Notes under the pieces: model-generated
Seen by the model: the letters and a program-made list of their open reading frames with translations, nothing else
Databases searched by the model: none
Told to the model about the DNA's origin: nothing
In this document: piece by piece, positions 18,581 through 28,671 of the stretch
How the letters are laid out: the number at the start of each line of letters is the position of its first letter
Numbering within the stretch: the first letter of the stretch is position 1
DNA from: an uncultured bacterium
GTDB lineage: Bacteria; Patescibacteriota; Saccharimonadia; UBA4664
Assembly: GCA_963720265.1 (NCBI GenBank)
Contig: CAVRET010000002.1
Span: 1,006,069-1,070,068 of the forward strand
DNA length: 64,000 nucleotides
Direction of reading: 5' to 3'
Made by a program: the position numbers and the translations under genes

Positions 18581-20048
18581 CGGCCGCGACCAGTGCGATT
18601 AGACTGCAGACGACGAGCATGTCGGTCAGGCCTTGGACAAAAGCAGTTCTTACCGCCGTGAGCAGGGCCGGCAAATGGCTAGCTTTGGCCACAGTGACAC
18701 CGGCTATGACGCTTTGGCCAATGTCGGTTTGGAGCCGTGCGGGCAGATAGCCGATATCCAGGTGACGGCGATAACTTGAGCCAAGCAATGTACCTAAAAG
18801 GGCGATGCCAAGCGTGCCGCCGACTTGCCGGACGGCTGATATGAGCGCCGTACCGGAGGCCGCACGATCCCCGTTTAAGGGTGAGATGGCAGCAGCGGCA
18901 ACAGTAGGCATGGCGACACCCAGGCCAAGGCCAATGACGGCTGACCAGGCGACAATAAACTGGCCGGACGAGGCGAGCGTGGTCTTGGTGCCCCAATAGA
19001 GACCGAGCGACATGAACAGAAAGCCGGCCGGCACGATGATTTTGGTTGGAATGCCGGCCGCAAACTTACCGGCGATGACCGAGCCGATGATGAGACCTCC
19101 AATCATGGGCAAGAGAAAGTAACCGGCGTGGAGGGCGTTATCCGCCCTTACCCCCTGGAGGTATTGCGGCAGGCCAAACAACAGGCCAAAGAGGGCAAAG
19201 TTGACCGAGGTCATGAGAATGGTGCCCCAGGTGAAGGCGCCGTACGTAAAGAGCTTGAGGTCCACGAGCGGTGAGCCCTTTAACCGGGTTATCCGTTTTT
19301 CCCAGGCAACGAACGCCAGCAAAAGGATAGCTCCCAGGACGAGTGAGGCAATCACGGCGCGATCTGACCAGCCACTTGACTCAGCCTGAATGGCGCCGTA
19401 GGTAATGCCGGTAAGACCGACGCTCGATAGCAGAATGCCTGTTTTGTCGATAGCGCGCTTGGCCTTGGATTTGGACTCCGGCAAAAGCATAGCAATCGCT
19501 ATAAAGGCAAAGGCGCAGACCGGCAGGTTGATGAGAAAGACCGATCCCCACCAGAACCTGGTTAGCAGCCAACCGCCCAGGATTGGGCCCAAAGGGTAGG
19601 CTAAAAAGACGCCGCCCATTAAGATGGCCAGCGCTTTCGTGCGTTCGGCGGGCTTGAAATAAAGAGGCATGACGGACATGCCAAGCGGCAGGATGAAAGC
19701 AGCGCCGGCACCGAGCAGAACTCTGGCTGATATAAGCATGCTGACCGAGGTGGAATAGGCGCAGGCAGCGGAGGCCAGGCCGAACAGCGCAATCGCAAAC
19801 AAGAGGAGTTTCTTGCGGCCATAGCGGTCGCCAAGCAGGCCGGCCGGGAGCGTTAATACGGCCAGGGCTAGCGCATAGACATCGGCAATCCACTCCAGTT
19901 GGCCGGCGGTGGCATGCAAGTCTTTGGCCAGGGTCGGCAGGGCAAGGTTTAAAACGGTGAGATCAAGGCTGAAAGCAATGGCGGCGAGCGAAATGGCTGC
20001 GACAGCCCACCATTTACGCGGTCCAATATCTTTGATCTGGCTCGCCAT
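18528..20048 (-). CDS. MFS transporter, DHA2 (EmrB/QacA-like, 14-TMS) drug:H+ antiporter family
   Basis: 506 aa. About 14 hydrophobic segments. Motif A-like GLLGDRYGRKKLLL. Confidence 0.8.
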   Translation of the reverse strand: MASQIKDIGPRKWWAVAAISLAAIAFSLDLTVLNLALPTLAKDLHATAGQLEWIADVYALALAVLTLPAGLLGDRYGRKKLLLFAIALFGLASAACAYSTSVSMLISARVLLGAGAAFILPLGMSVMPLYFKPAERTKALAILMGGVFLAYPLGPILGGWLLTRFWWGSVFLINLPVCAFAFIAIAMLLPESKSKAKRAIDKTGILLSSVGLTGITYGAIQAESSGWSDRAVIASLVLGAILLLAFVAWEKRITRLKGSPLVDLKLFTYGAFTWGTILMTSVNFALFGLLFGLPQYLQGVRADNALHAGYFLLPMIGGLIIGSVIAGKFAAGIPTKIIVPAGFLFMSLGLYWGTKTTLASSGQFIVAWSAVIGLGLGVAMPTVAAAAISPLNGDRAASGTALISAVRQVGGTLGIALLGTLLGSSYRRHLDIGYLPARLQTDIGQSVIAGVTVAKASHLPALLTAVRTAFVQGLTDMLVVCSLIALVAAVVAVLFLPNTHVRTKRS

Positions 20049-20083
20049 GTTTTACTCTCTTTTATGCTTATGCTTAATCTTAC

Positions 20084-20115
20084 TGACAGTTAATCGTAAA
20101 TGACAGTTACTGTCA
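20084..20115. promoter_or_regulatory. candidate TetR operator: perfect palindrome TGACAGT-T-ACTGTCA (20101-20115) plus an upstream half-site TGACAGTTA (20084-20092), 36-70 nt upstream of the MFS start
   Basis: Seen directly in the sequence. Position matches the typical autoregulated TetR/efflux operator. Confidence 0.45.
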
Positions 20116-20250
20116 AATTGTAGATGAGCGGCTAACACGGCAGTTAGAGAGGAGATTAATCTGATGACCTTCAGGCATGCAGACAAGCAAACGCCCCGTC
20201 GGTCAAGCAACACCGGCGTTGACGTTGCTTGCCCGATGGGGGGCATAGGG

Positions 20251-20973
20251 CTACTGAGGCTTGCCCTTGATGTGGGCGCGTGCCCGCTGCGCGGTCCAGC
20301 CGACCGGGATGCTCGCGCGTCCGAGTTCGTCGACCTGGATTCTTAGGCTTGAGCCGATTTCCGGACAGGGGTTGAACTCGACGATGGCGAGCCGCCCATT
20401 GCCCGTCCATCGACACTTGGGTGCAAGCGCGGTGGGCATCTGATAGCTGTCTGAGGCCGGGATGCCGATGTGTTGGAAGGCTATGGCCTTGGCTTCGTCG
20501 AGTGTTACGGTGTCAGGGATATCGCCTTGACTGCGCGGAGTGGTCGCAAAACGCGCCCACCCGATGGTCTGACCCGATCCGTCATCGCCCCGGCCGATGA
20601 GGAAGACGTCGTAGTACCAGCCGGAGAGCAGATCAATCTGTGTAGGCCTGCCGCATGCGACAAGCGTTGGCAGCTCTCCCAGGATGACCGGCGTGCCGTT
20701 CCAGCTTGCGACTTCGCGTTCGAGACCTGCGAAGGTCGCAACATCGGTCCTAAAGATCAGGACAGCGACATTTGCCGGCACGTTCGGGCCGGTGGGCCAG
20801 CGACTGGGGTCTTGGACATGTACGGCCAGACGTGAGCCTTCGATATGGGCGGTCCGGAAGGGCCGCGGAAGGCCGCCGACCGTAATTGTGGCGAACCGAC
20901 CCGGGTCAATACGGGTCATATGACCCGGCGTGTCACCTGAACGCGCGGTTCCGGCGGGTTGTTGACTGCTCAC
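20251..20973 (-). CDS. hypothetical protein (GC-rich)
   Basis: 240-aa ORF with no recognisable motif. Confidence 0.35.
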   Translation of the reverse strand: MSSQQPAGTARSGDTPGHMTRIDPGRFATITVGGLPRPFRTAHIEGSRLAVHVQDPSRWPTGPNVPANVAVLIFRTDVATFAGLEREVASWNGTPVILGELPTLVACGRPTQIDLLSGWYYDVFLIGRGDDGSGQTIGWARFATTPRSQGDIPDTVTLDEAKAIAFQHIGIPASDSYQMPTALAPKCRWTGNGRLAIVEFNPCPEIGSSLRIQVDELGRASIPVGWTAQRARAHIKGKPQ

Positions 20974-21117
20974 GATGCCTCCTGGGGCTCGTTTGCGAAT
21001 GAGTCATTACGACTCACATATATTACAATGTTTCTTTATAATTGCAAGGCATTGCCAATGGACCGGCCGCCTGTCTCGGGCGGCCGGTCCATTGGTTTTT
21101 CTACAAGCGGGTGGGGC

Positions 21118-21978
21118 TCAGCGGCGGTGCCACGTCTGTAGGAACCCCTGGTTCTTGTCGTTGAATGGTCGTATGGAGGTGGGCGAAAGGTTGAGGTCAG
21201 GGGCCGTTAGCACCGGCGGAATTACCGGACCATTCTTTTGTGGCGGAGCCGGGCGTTCCAGAGCCGACATGGCCTGGCCGTTCCGCCATACCCAGACATA
21301 CTTACGGCAATCCCCAAGGCGCACCTGCTTGCCGCTGTAGGCCAGGCAGACCCTAGGGTCCTTTACCCAGTAGATGACTACGAGCGGGTCGCCGTTATGC
21401 GCATCGAGCCAGGACTGGGGCACGTTGAGCACGTTGGGATGCTTGGCATCTACTGTGTCGTATTCCACCACCCGCCACTGGCCGGCTCGGCCGACGTCGT
21501 TGTAGTTACGTTGTACGACGACAGGCGAATTGCCTCCCGGATGAGGAGACGTGACCGTTAGGCAGTACTCCTGGTTGGGTGTCGGGTCCGGTTCGAGCGT
21601 AGCGGGGGTACAGATTCGTGTAATGACCGAAGATATCGCCTTCGCGTTCTCCGGCAGGATCACGTATGGACCGGAGGTTCCGGATTCGCCCGAGAGCAGA
21701 GACGCTAGGCTGACGCCGCTACCTGCTGTCACCGCAGTCGACGCGCCGACGAAAGGAAGCCCGGCTGCCAGCTGCTCAGACAGGCTACCGTCACTGACTG
21801 CCGTTGCGGCGCCCGATACGCCGGTAGCCAGCTGGGATTGCGGCGCGGGCTGAGGCGAAGTCCCGGCATAGGCAGGGGCTGTCATGCCGCTGGCGAGGAC
21901 GGTGGTGGCGCTTAGCCCCGCCAGCCAGCGCAGGAGTCTGAATCTGCCCGGTGGGCGGGGTCTGCGCGATGTGCGCAT
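21118..21978 (-). CDS. secreted hypothetical protein (Arg-rich n-region signal peptide ending AYAGT)
   Basis: 286 aa. N-terminal RRPRPPGRFRLLRWLAGLSATTVLASGMTAPAYA. Confidence 0.4.
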   Translation of the reverse strand: MRTSRRPRPPGRFRLLRWLAGLSATTVLASGMTAPAYAGTSPQPAPQSQLATGVSGAATAVSDGSLSEQLAAGLPFVGASTAVTAGSGVSLASLLSGESGTSGPYVILPENAKAISSVITRICTPATLEPDPTPNQEYCLTVTSPHPGGNSPVVVQRNYNDVGRAGQWRVVEYDTVDAKHPNVLNVPQSWLDAHNGDPLVVIYWVKDPRVCLAYSGKQVRLGDCRKYVWVWRNGQAMSALERPAPPQKNGPVIPPVLTAPDLNLSPTSIRPFNDKNQGFLQTWHRR

Positions 21979-22060
21979 CTTCCACCTTCCCTTGTCCGTA
22001 GGAACTGGTCATGTTTGACCATGCGCTTAAGTTTATCACGGTGGGTAGGCTTTTTACCTA

Positions 22061-22246
22061 GTGGCAGCTATAAAAGGATTCGGTGTTGGTAAAAACGGAG
22101 TGAGCTCCAAAGAGATTGAACGGCGTCTAGGAGTCACCTACAAGGCCACTTGGCGTATGACTAAGCAGATCCGCCTTATGATGCACGAAAGCGGCAATAT
22201 GCTGACAGGTATTGACTGGGGCTATGGTCGGATTTCAGAACTTTAA
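22061..22246 (+). pseudogene. IS1595-family transposase fragment (central segment only)
   Basis: 61 aa. GVTYKATWRMTKQIRLMMHE is similar to GMTYKCAWRIARQIRKVMTDE of the intact IS1595-like transposase at 37142-37975. Confidence 0.5.
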
Positions 22247-22379
22247 GCCTTGTTATCGTCCCTTCGTCGATGGCAAGAGTGAAGGCTCTGTTAGCTTAGT
22301 TAGCCATTTAGTTCAGCGTTAAACACTGTCTAGAGAGCTTCAATCAAACTAACGGCTACACCACTGGTATAATGTAAAT

Positions 22380-22649
22380 ATGGATGACGAGCAGACCGAA
22401 CAGGTGATTCAACAGATTAAAAAACATGGCAAACTCCATGAAATTTTGAAGGTTCTGACATTTACTGGCTTGACGGAAAATAATACAAGGGTAAGAGTCA
22501 AGATTTTTGATATAGGACCTTCCGGTGGCTCTAACAGGTACAAAGTTAAAGCTTCTACCGTAGGGAAAATAAAGCAAGTTGCAACCGGAGACGCGGCTGA
22601 AAGTATTGATGCCGCACTATCCAAAGTTCATTGGGAAGACTTAAATTAA
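22380..22649 (+). CDS. small hypothetical protein in an AT-rich segment
   Basis: 89-aa ORF. Local composition differs from the flanking sequence. Confidence 0.3.
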   Translation: MDDEQTEQVIQQIKKHGKLHEILKVLTFTGLTENNTRVRVKIFDIGPSGGSNRYKVKASTVGKIKQVATGDAAESIDAALSKVHWEDLN

Positions 22650-22726
22650 ATATCTACTAGCATGGCTTAGCATGTCGGTCTAAAACCTTTTCAGTCTTTG
22701 TTCTATTTCGTCTTAAAGCATACAAT

Positions 22727-22939
22727 ATGATCATGAATAAAACGAAAAAATATCCGTATTGGATTTATATAGCAGGTATTTTGGTGGTTTGGGCAATAGT
22801 ACTATTGGCTGCATGGAGGTTAATCAGCCCCCATAGATTCCACGGCTTAGTTATTTTCTGTGGCGGTTTCCTATTCGGTGTTCTGATTATAAGTATTGTT
22901 AGGAGTAAGTATTTCGAGAAGCCATTCAATAGAGATTAA
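22727..22939 (+). CDS. small membrane protein (2 TM)
   Basis: 70 aa with two hydrophobic helices. Confidence 0.3.
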   Translation: MIMNKTKKYPYWIYIAGILVVWAIVLLAAWRLISPHRFHGLVIFCGGFLFGVLIISIVRSKYFEKPFNRD

Positions 22940-23051
22940 ACCTAAGACCTTATGGCTGAGTATGCAGGTTATGAACAATAACAGTTGACCAGACTATATT
23001 TTTGACTAAGTTCGAATTTTTAGCTTGGCTGGGGCGATAGCATTCGAACTG

Positions 23052-23441
23052 TTATTTTTTGTCGGCTATAGAATGTCGCTGAATCCACCCCGCTACTTCG
23101 GCTAAGTCTGGGTGACTCGTAGCCAGATTGAGTGTATATTCTTCAAGCTCTTGATTGGTGGCCGTTAGATCATAGCCATTTATAACGAGGAAGCGGTACA
23201 TGGAGACGACTGCAGTGCGCTTATTGCCGTCGAGGAAGACGTGATAATTACAAAGGGCCTCATATAGCGCCGCCGCTTTTGCAAATATATTGGGATATAA
23301 GTCTTGACCGCCGAAGCTGGCCTTGGGCTTCTGTGCAATAGATTTGAGCAGCTCAGGCTCGCGGACACCAAGAGAGCCACCGGTGGCCTCAATGATCTGG
23401 TCGTGTATGGCCGCGATGTCGGTGGTTTCAAGGTGCCGCAT
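23052..23441 (-). CDS. doc: Doc/Fic family toxin
   Basis: 129 aa. Fic motif HVFLDGNKRTAV (HxFx(D/N)GNKR). Confidence 0.85.
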   Translation of the reverse strand: MRHLETTDIAAIHDQIIEATGGSLGVREPELLKSIAQKPKASFGGQDLYPNIFAKAAALYEALCNYHVFLDGNKRTAVVSMYRFLVINGYDLTATNQELEEYTLNLATSHPDLAEVAGWIQRHSIADKK

Positions 23442-23668
23442 TACTTGTCAGCTAAAGCTTTAAGCGCGGGTCGATAGCGGTCAATGGCTTGGGCTGTCCA
23501 AGCAGTGAGTTCTTCGTCGACCGAGACAGAATCGGTGACCGGTACGAGACGAAAGATCGGCTTGGAGCGCTTAACAACTATAAAAGTTTCGCCGAGACCA
23601 GCGCGCTCTGCGACAGCCTCGGTGTTTTCTCGCAGTTCTTTGAGCCCGATAATAGTAGTCATAATCAT
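23441..23668 (-). CDS. phd: Phd/YefM-type antitoxin
   Basis: 75 aa. Overlaps the doc start by 1 nt. Typical small antitoxin fold signature (IGLKELRENTEAV...IVVKRSKPIFRLVP). Confidence 0.7.
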   Translation of the reverse strand: MIMTTIIGLKELRENTEAVAERAGLGETFIVVKRSKPIFRLVPVTDSVSVDEELTAWTAQAIDRYRPALKALADK

Positions 23669-23894
23669 ATTCTCGTTATGTTTACGTAAAGTTTATCTTA
23701 AAAGTCACTTTATGTCAAGAAAGGTGTACGGAATACTCCTTGGCTGGGAGTCTGGTCGGATTTCCGCACTATTGACATAGCCGTTAGCGAATCATCAATA
23801 CTACGCATCAAGAGCCCGACGATATTGAGGTCAATGTGGAGCAAATCCGCGAGTTGCTCGATGAAGATGATCAGGCCAGGGAGGAGGGCTCGAC

Positions 23895-24380
23895 ATGCTA
23901 AGTCAACTCCTCCGTCGATCTCAGGCTCCCTCGCCCGAGCTGGTAACTTCAAAGCTGTTTAACGAGAGTTCATTTTACGATACTTTTCTTAAGGGTTTAG
24001 AGAAGTGTCACAGTGAGATGATAATCGAGTGCCCGTTCATAGTTTACCGACGAGTGGCAACGTTATTGCCGGTCATGCGGAAGCTGAAGGCTCTACGCGT
24101 GAGGATCGTTGTCAACACCCGAGACCCGCAGGAACATGACGCGGACCGCCGGGAAGATGCGCACGCGGCCCTAGCTTACCTGCAGCACATCGGAGTCCAC
24201 CTTGTATATACCGCCGTGCATCATCGTGAGCTCGCGGTACTAGATCGAAAAATACTGTACGAAGGCAGTTTGAATATTCTCTCGCAAAATAACAGCAGCG
24301 AAATAATGCAAAGCATTGAATCTGTGGGGCTCGCGTGGCAGATGGTACGGTTTGTAGAGCTTGATAGACTGATCAGGTAG
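23895..24380 (+). CDS. PLD-superfamily (HKD-like) small protein, possible nuclease, with a variant motif
   Basis: 161 aa. HHRELAVLDRKILYEGSLN reads as H-x-R-x5-D-x6-G-S-x-N, i.e. the HKD motif with K replaced by R and one extra residue. Confidence 0.45.
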   Translation: MLSQLLRRSQAPSPELVTSKLFNESSFYDTFLKGLEKCHSEMIIECPFIVYRRVATLLPVMRKLKALRVRIVVNTRDPQEHDADRREDAHAALAYLQHIGVHLVYTAVHHRELAVLDRKILYEGSLNILSQNNSSEIMQSIESVGLAWQMVRFVELDRLIR

Positions 24381-24563
24381 ATTAGGCCGGAAGTGTTCTG
24401 CTTTAAATGTCCACGCATTGCCCTGGGAAGTCATAGCTGGTACTATGCACGCCTACCGTCGCTAGTTTAAACGGAGGGTGCCAAGAGGAGTAGCAGGTGC
24501 CCGCATGCGACTTTCGCTAACTTTAGAAAAGATATTCGGTACCTCGCCCCTTTGATTCGAAGA

Positions 24564-24941
24564 CTAAGAAGTTCCTACAACAGTTATGCCATACTGCTCA
24601 AGAAATATGTCGCTTGTAAGTAGTGCACTTCTTTCTACGCTGGCCTGGGCGACAAGCATTCGATCAAATGGGTCGTGGTGAAGCATTGGTAATGATTCGA
24701 AGGCGCGCAAATAGCTGTCGGCTAGCGAAAGTCGACGAAATCCAAGGTTGCGTACCGTTTCAAGCAATTCAGGGATTGGAGCGAGCTTAGAAGTAGAGAT
24801 CTTGATAGATATTTCCCACAGTGAAGCTTCCGAGATTGCAATTTCCTGAGCGCCTTCAATCGCTCGTCGCGCAGCCACCCCAAGTCGTTCGTCATCGTCT
24901 AGTATCCACAGCAGAGCGTTGGTATCTAGGATTAGCTTCAT
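24564..24941 (-). CDS. vapC: PIN-domain toxin VapC
   Basis: 125 aa. LILDTNALL N-terminal Asp plus further acidic residues typical of PIN. Confidence 0.85.
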   Translation of the reverse strand: MKLILDTNALLWILDDDERLGVAARRAIEGAQEIAISEASLWEISIKISTSKLAPIPELLETVRNLGFRRLSLADSYLRAFESLPMLHHDPFDRMLVAQASVERSALLTSDIFLEQYGITVVGTS

Positions 24942-25192
24942 TACGGTTTGTTGGTGCTTTCCTGAAACAGCTGCAAGATCTCCACGTCCGCTTTATCGTA
25001 GTCGTCAGAGTATTTGATTTTGCCCTTCAGCGCCCCGAACAATTTGATTTTACTTGGCTCCTCAAGCGGCTGGAGCTTGAAGCGCGTCACCTTGCCCCCA
25101 CGACGAGTAATGATTACCTCATCACCCTCAGCGGCTGCGTTCAGAAGCTGGCTAAGATTCGTTTTTGCCTGATGTACGTTTGCGGTAGTCAT
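24941..25192 (-). CDS. vapB: type II antitoxin (Phd/YefM-like) paired with VapC
   Basis: 83 aa. MTTANVHQAKTNLSQLL...EVIITRRGG. Stop/start overlap with vapC. Confidence 0.7.
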   Translation of the reverse strand: MTTANVHQAKTNLSQLLNAAAEGDEVIITRRGGKVTRFKLQPLEEPSKIKLFGALKGKIKYSDDYDKADVEILQLFQESTNKP

Positions 25193-25441
25193 GCTTAAAT
25201 ACTAGCTAGATTAGCTAGTTAAGTCAACTCACGTGTGGCGATAAGTTCTTTGGCTGGGGACATCGTTCTTGATTCAAACTCCACGGTCTCGCCCAAAGAA
25301 GCGGGCGCGATGGGACGCCCAGCTCGCGATAGGTGTGCGACACAATGCCAAGACGAATCATTAACCCGTCTTATAAACAGATAAGGTGGGGTGTTGACCC
25401 CCACCTTATCTGTTTATATTGGATTTTACTTACTTTCTCAC

Positions 25442-25987
25442 TTAGTCTGTCTCGCTCGGATCGTAAATCCCGAAACAGTATTCCCCGGAGTGATTTAGGT
25501 AGAACGAGGTACCGTTTGAAAATCCACCAGGTGCCAGGTATCCTCCCCAGTGGATATTTTTGAACGCAACTCCTTCACCACTACTGCAGGTCGATATCTT
25601 GAAGTTGGTTCCCCAGCCCCCACTGTTACTATTCGTCGGACACTGGTCGAGCCCGGTGTCGGCGTTGCCGGAGTTATTATTGAAGTCACCTACGCAAAAG
25701 CCATTGTAATTACCGCCACCAACAAACTCTAAGTAGCCGTTGCCATTGCTTAAGGTGTTTTGGCTGAACTCGTCGTTGGGTACCGCCCCCATGTTTGTGA
25801 AGACATTCACCTCGGGCCCACCATACCACGCGTTTAGGCATGCATTAGTGGTGCCATTATTCACGCAATACTGCAGGGCAGAGTTCGTCGCCAATGCGGG
25901 ACTCGCTCCCAGGGCTATTAATGTACCCATTGGCAGAACAATAGCAGTAGCGATTACCGCAAATTTAGTTCTTATTCTATGAAACAT
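25442..25987 (-). CDS. small secreted Cys-containing protein, possible beta-trefoil/lectin-like
   Basis: 181 aa. Signal peptide. Gly/Asn-rich with paired Cys. Confidence 0.4.
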   Translation of the reverse strand: MFHRIRTKFAVIATAIVLPMGTLIALGASPALATNSALQYCVNNGTTNACLNAWYGGPEVNVFTNMGAVPNDEFSQNTLSNGNGYLEFVGGGNYNGFCVGDFNNNSGNADTGLDQCPTNSNSGGWGTNFKISTCSSGEGVAFKNIHWGGYLAPGGFSNGTSFYLNHSGEYCFGIYDPSETD

Positions 25988-26207
25988 AGACTCCTCCTTG
26001 TTTACTCTACCCTTCCTGTCACTCGAACTTAGTCGCTAGTATTCTGAGAAATTCCTTGGCTTCGGGCTATGGTTCTTATTACAAATCTTTGACAATGTAT
26101 TCGAGCTGGACGGCAGGGTTCGGACACGCGTAGCATGGGGCTGAACGCTTGACATCCATCAACCAAAAACTGTATAGTTTCGAATAAACATAAGAGTTAT
26201 AAAACAA

Positions 26208-27059
26208 ATGCCCAGAAAAACCACCGCCCGCAGTTCCAGGTCGAGACCATCCACTCGCAAAGTGTTTAATAAAGCGTTACTCGCCAGGTTTCGTGGCCGT
26301 TTGTTTACGAGGACTTCGCTGGCGATTTTTTTGGGTCTTTTCGTCGTTATTGGCGCCTACCTCGTGTATAGCGTTAGCCGCGCCTCGTCGGAGCAGCTTG
26401 AATCCGGGGTCAATGGCAATCAAAGTCCTTCATACTGCCTGGATGACACCGGTGGCGGTACTGTGCGCACTGCGGCGTGCAACGGTATGTACGGCCAACA
26501 ATATAGTCTCGTCGGTGATGTCATCCACCTAGGCGGCTATTGCCTCGGGGTATCTGGTGCCAACTCTACTTCAATAGGTAGGTTTCTTGTGGCGGACGGT
26601 TGCTCGCCAACGCCGTGGGGCGCCGTATGGACCCCAAGCGGCAATCGGTTGTTAGATAATCACGCCGATGCTCTCGGCCATGGAACACAATATTGTCTCG
26701 ACGTGTCCGGAAATGTCGCCGGGCACAATGTAGATATTTGGCCTTGCAACGGCGGTTCAAACCAGAACTGGTACGAACAGGCCGTTGGCGGCGGAAGCGG
26801 CGGTAACACACCCCCCGTTACGCCCAAGCCGACCACGCCTGGTCCATGCACGATAGACTGGTATGGAGTGCAATTACCTTGCCAAAGTAGTTTCAATCTC
26901 TCAAGCTATAGCAGTTCAACATCATACAACAGTACTCTCTGTGTTGATCTTCGGGCCTACGAATTTGCTAGCAATAACGCGATCACGCTTCTTGGTCTAA
27001 CGTACGACTCGGCCATATCGCGATACCCAAACTGCTTTAACGCAAATTCATTCCGATAA
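26208..27059 (+). CDS. secreted ricin-B (beta-trefoil, CBM13-like) lectin domain protein
   Basis: 283 aa. N-terminal TM/signal. Repeated C-L-D-x-sn-G...IW.C-NGG-x-NQ-x-W subrepeats (YCLDDTGG..., YCLGVSG..., YCLDVSGNVAGHNVDIWPCNGGSNQNW). Confidence 0.6.
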   Translation: MPRKTTARSSRSRPSTRKVFNKALLARFRGRLFTRTSLAIFLGLFVVIGAYLVYSVSRASSEQLESGVNGNQSPSYCLDDTGGGTVRTAACNGMYGQQYSLVGDVIHLGGYCLGVSGANSTSIGRFLVADGCSPTPWGAVWTPSGNRLLDNHADALGHGTQYCLDVSGNVAGHNVDIWPCNGGSNQNWYEQAVGGGSGGNTPPVTPKPTTPGPCTIDWYGVQLPCQSSFNLSSYSSSTSYNSTLCVDLRAYEFASNNAITLLGLTYDSAISRYPNCFNANSFR

Positions 27060-27564
27060 AGATACATCTTCAAGCGGTTAGGTATCTTGAGGGTTCGCTA
27101 AAAGATTGAAGCCAGTTCGTTTGCATGCCTAAGACCGATGAAAGAGGGCTTGTCAGCCCTAAGGGCAGAAAAAGGTTCAACCGCTAGATTTACAGATGGG
27201 AAATCGTGAACTTGAACCCATTCGTACCATGAGGCTGGGGCTACGGGACGTTATCCGAACCTCGCCCTTTTAGGGCATTCGCTCGTCAGCCCATTCAAAA
27301 GTGGTTTTAAAATCATCCACGGAACGATATGTCATTCGCGAAATGGCCTCCCACTCGGGTCGCGTGAATAAGGGAACATAAACTATTACTTCTTCATGGG
27401 TGTCATGATGATGCGCGAGCCAATAAGTCAATAAAGTAGTTCCGGATGCTCTTTGTGCCGGTAAACTCCGGGTTTCATTTCACTAGTATATCAAGCCAAA
27501 AACTAGCGGAGGTGTGCTGTCCCCGGGGTGGCGTGGCAGCCGGGCCCCGGGGTCAGCGACTAAC

Positions 27565-28218
27565 TCAGTGCTGGTGATCGTGATTGGTGGCCTCGCAAAC
27601 CCCCCTAATCACGGGAACACCGTCCCTGAAGAGCCAGCAGGCGGCGGTGCGCTCCGCTCCGGCCATCAGCTCGGCGCTGCGCGGAACGATCGTCACCAGC
27701 TGCCGCCGGCGCCCCTCATCCGTCTGCTCGTAGGTGAGCTGGGTGTCGGGGTCGGCCGGCATGCGCGCGGCCGAGAGGTTGAGCTCGAGGTATTCGTGCC
27801 AGCCCGCGGCCGCTATGGCCTGGGCGTAGCCGGCGAGCTCGGTCTGGAAGCCGGGGGCGGTGACATCGATACCGCAGCCCTCATGCATTGAGGCGGCGGC
27901 ATAGCGCACCGGAACGGCTTCGCCATTGCTGCCGATGGCCCAGCAGGAGGGCAGCCCCATCTGGACCGCGTAGTCCAGCTCGACGGGGTACATGGCGAAC
28001 CGGCCCGGCCCGAGCGGTTCTTCGAACAGCACCTGGCCCGGCGGCACGTCGTAGTGCTGGTGCCGGAGGTAGACGCACAGGCCTGAGTCCTTCAGGACCT
28101 GGCAGCCCCCAGATAGCGCCTTCACGAAGGCCGCGTCAGACGGATTGGCCCGCGAGATGTGCGGTGCTGCGGTTAGGGTCATGACACCCTGTCCTCTCTC
28201 GATTGCGAGGGTTCGCAA
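27565..28218 (-). CDS. hypothetical protein (very GC-rich)
   Basis: 217-aa ORF. Plus-strand overlapping ORFs have antisense-artefact composition. Confidence 0.35.
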   Translation of the reverse strand: MRTLAIERGQGVMTLTAAPHISRANPSDAAFVKALSGGCQVLKDSGLCVYLRHQHYDVPPGQVLFEEPLGPGRFAMYPVELDYAVQMGLPSCWAIGSNGEAVPVRYAAASMHEGCGIDVTAPGFQTELAGYAQAIAAAGWHEYLELNLSAARMPADPDTQLTYEQTDEGRRRQLVTIVPRSAELMAGAERTAACWLFRDGVPVIRGVCEATNHDHQH

Positions 28219-28671
28219 GGTTTGTGACTATGGTGCGCTAGACTAGCGCATGCCACGACACTGCGACGCACGGACATGGTTCCGGGCCGCTCTTGCAGCG
28301 AATAGTATGGCATAGGCTGTGACCTATCGGCAATAGTGAAGGCGTAGATCAGTGCAGATAGCAGTCCGGCCACCAACATCTGAATTGTTTGATCAAGAAA
28401 CTTCTGTAGTGTTTCCCCAAAAATTAAATGGATCAGAGGATTTTGCATCAAATAAGCATATGTACTTCGGCTGGGGCGCTATCCCTCAGATGGAACCAGA
28501 TTTATCCAAGTTTGTCGGCTTTGGCTCAAAAATTCGAGGATTTAGGCTTTCACTTTGTGAATGGCGAGGTTCGGTATGATGGCTGAATTCGTGCCAAAGG
28601 AAACCCGCCCCCACGGGTTTCCGGTTGCAGGGGCGGGTGTAGTCATGATCGCAGGCATGCGATCGTGATCA

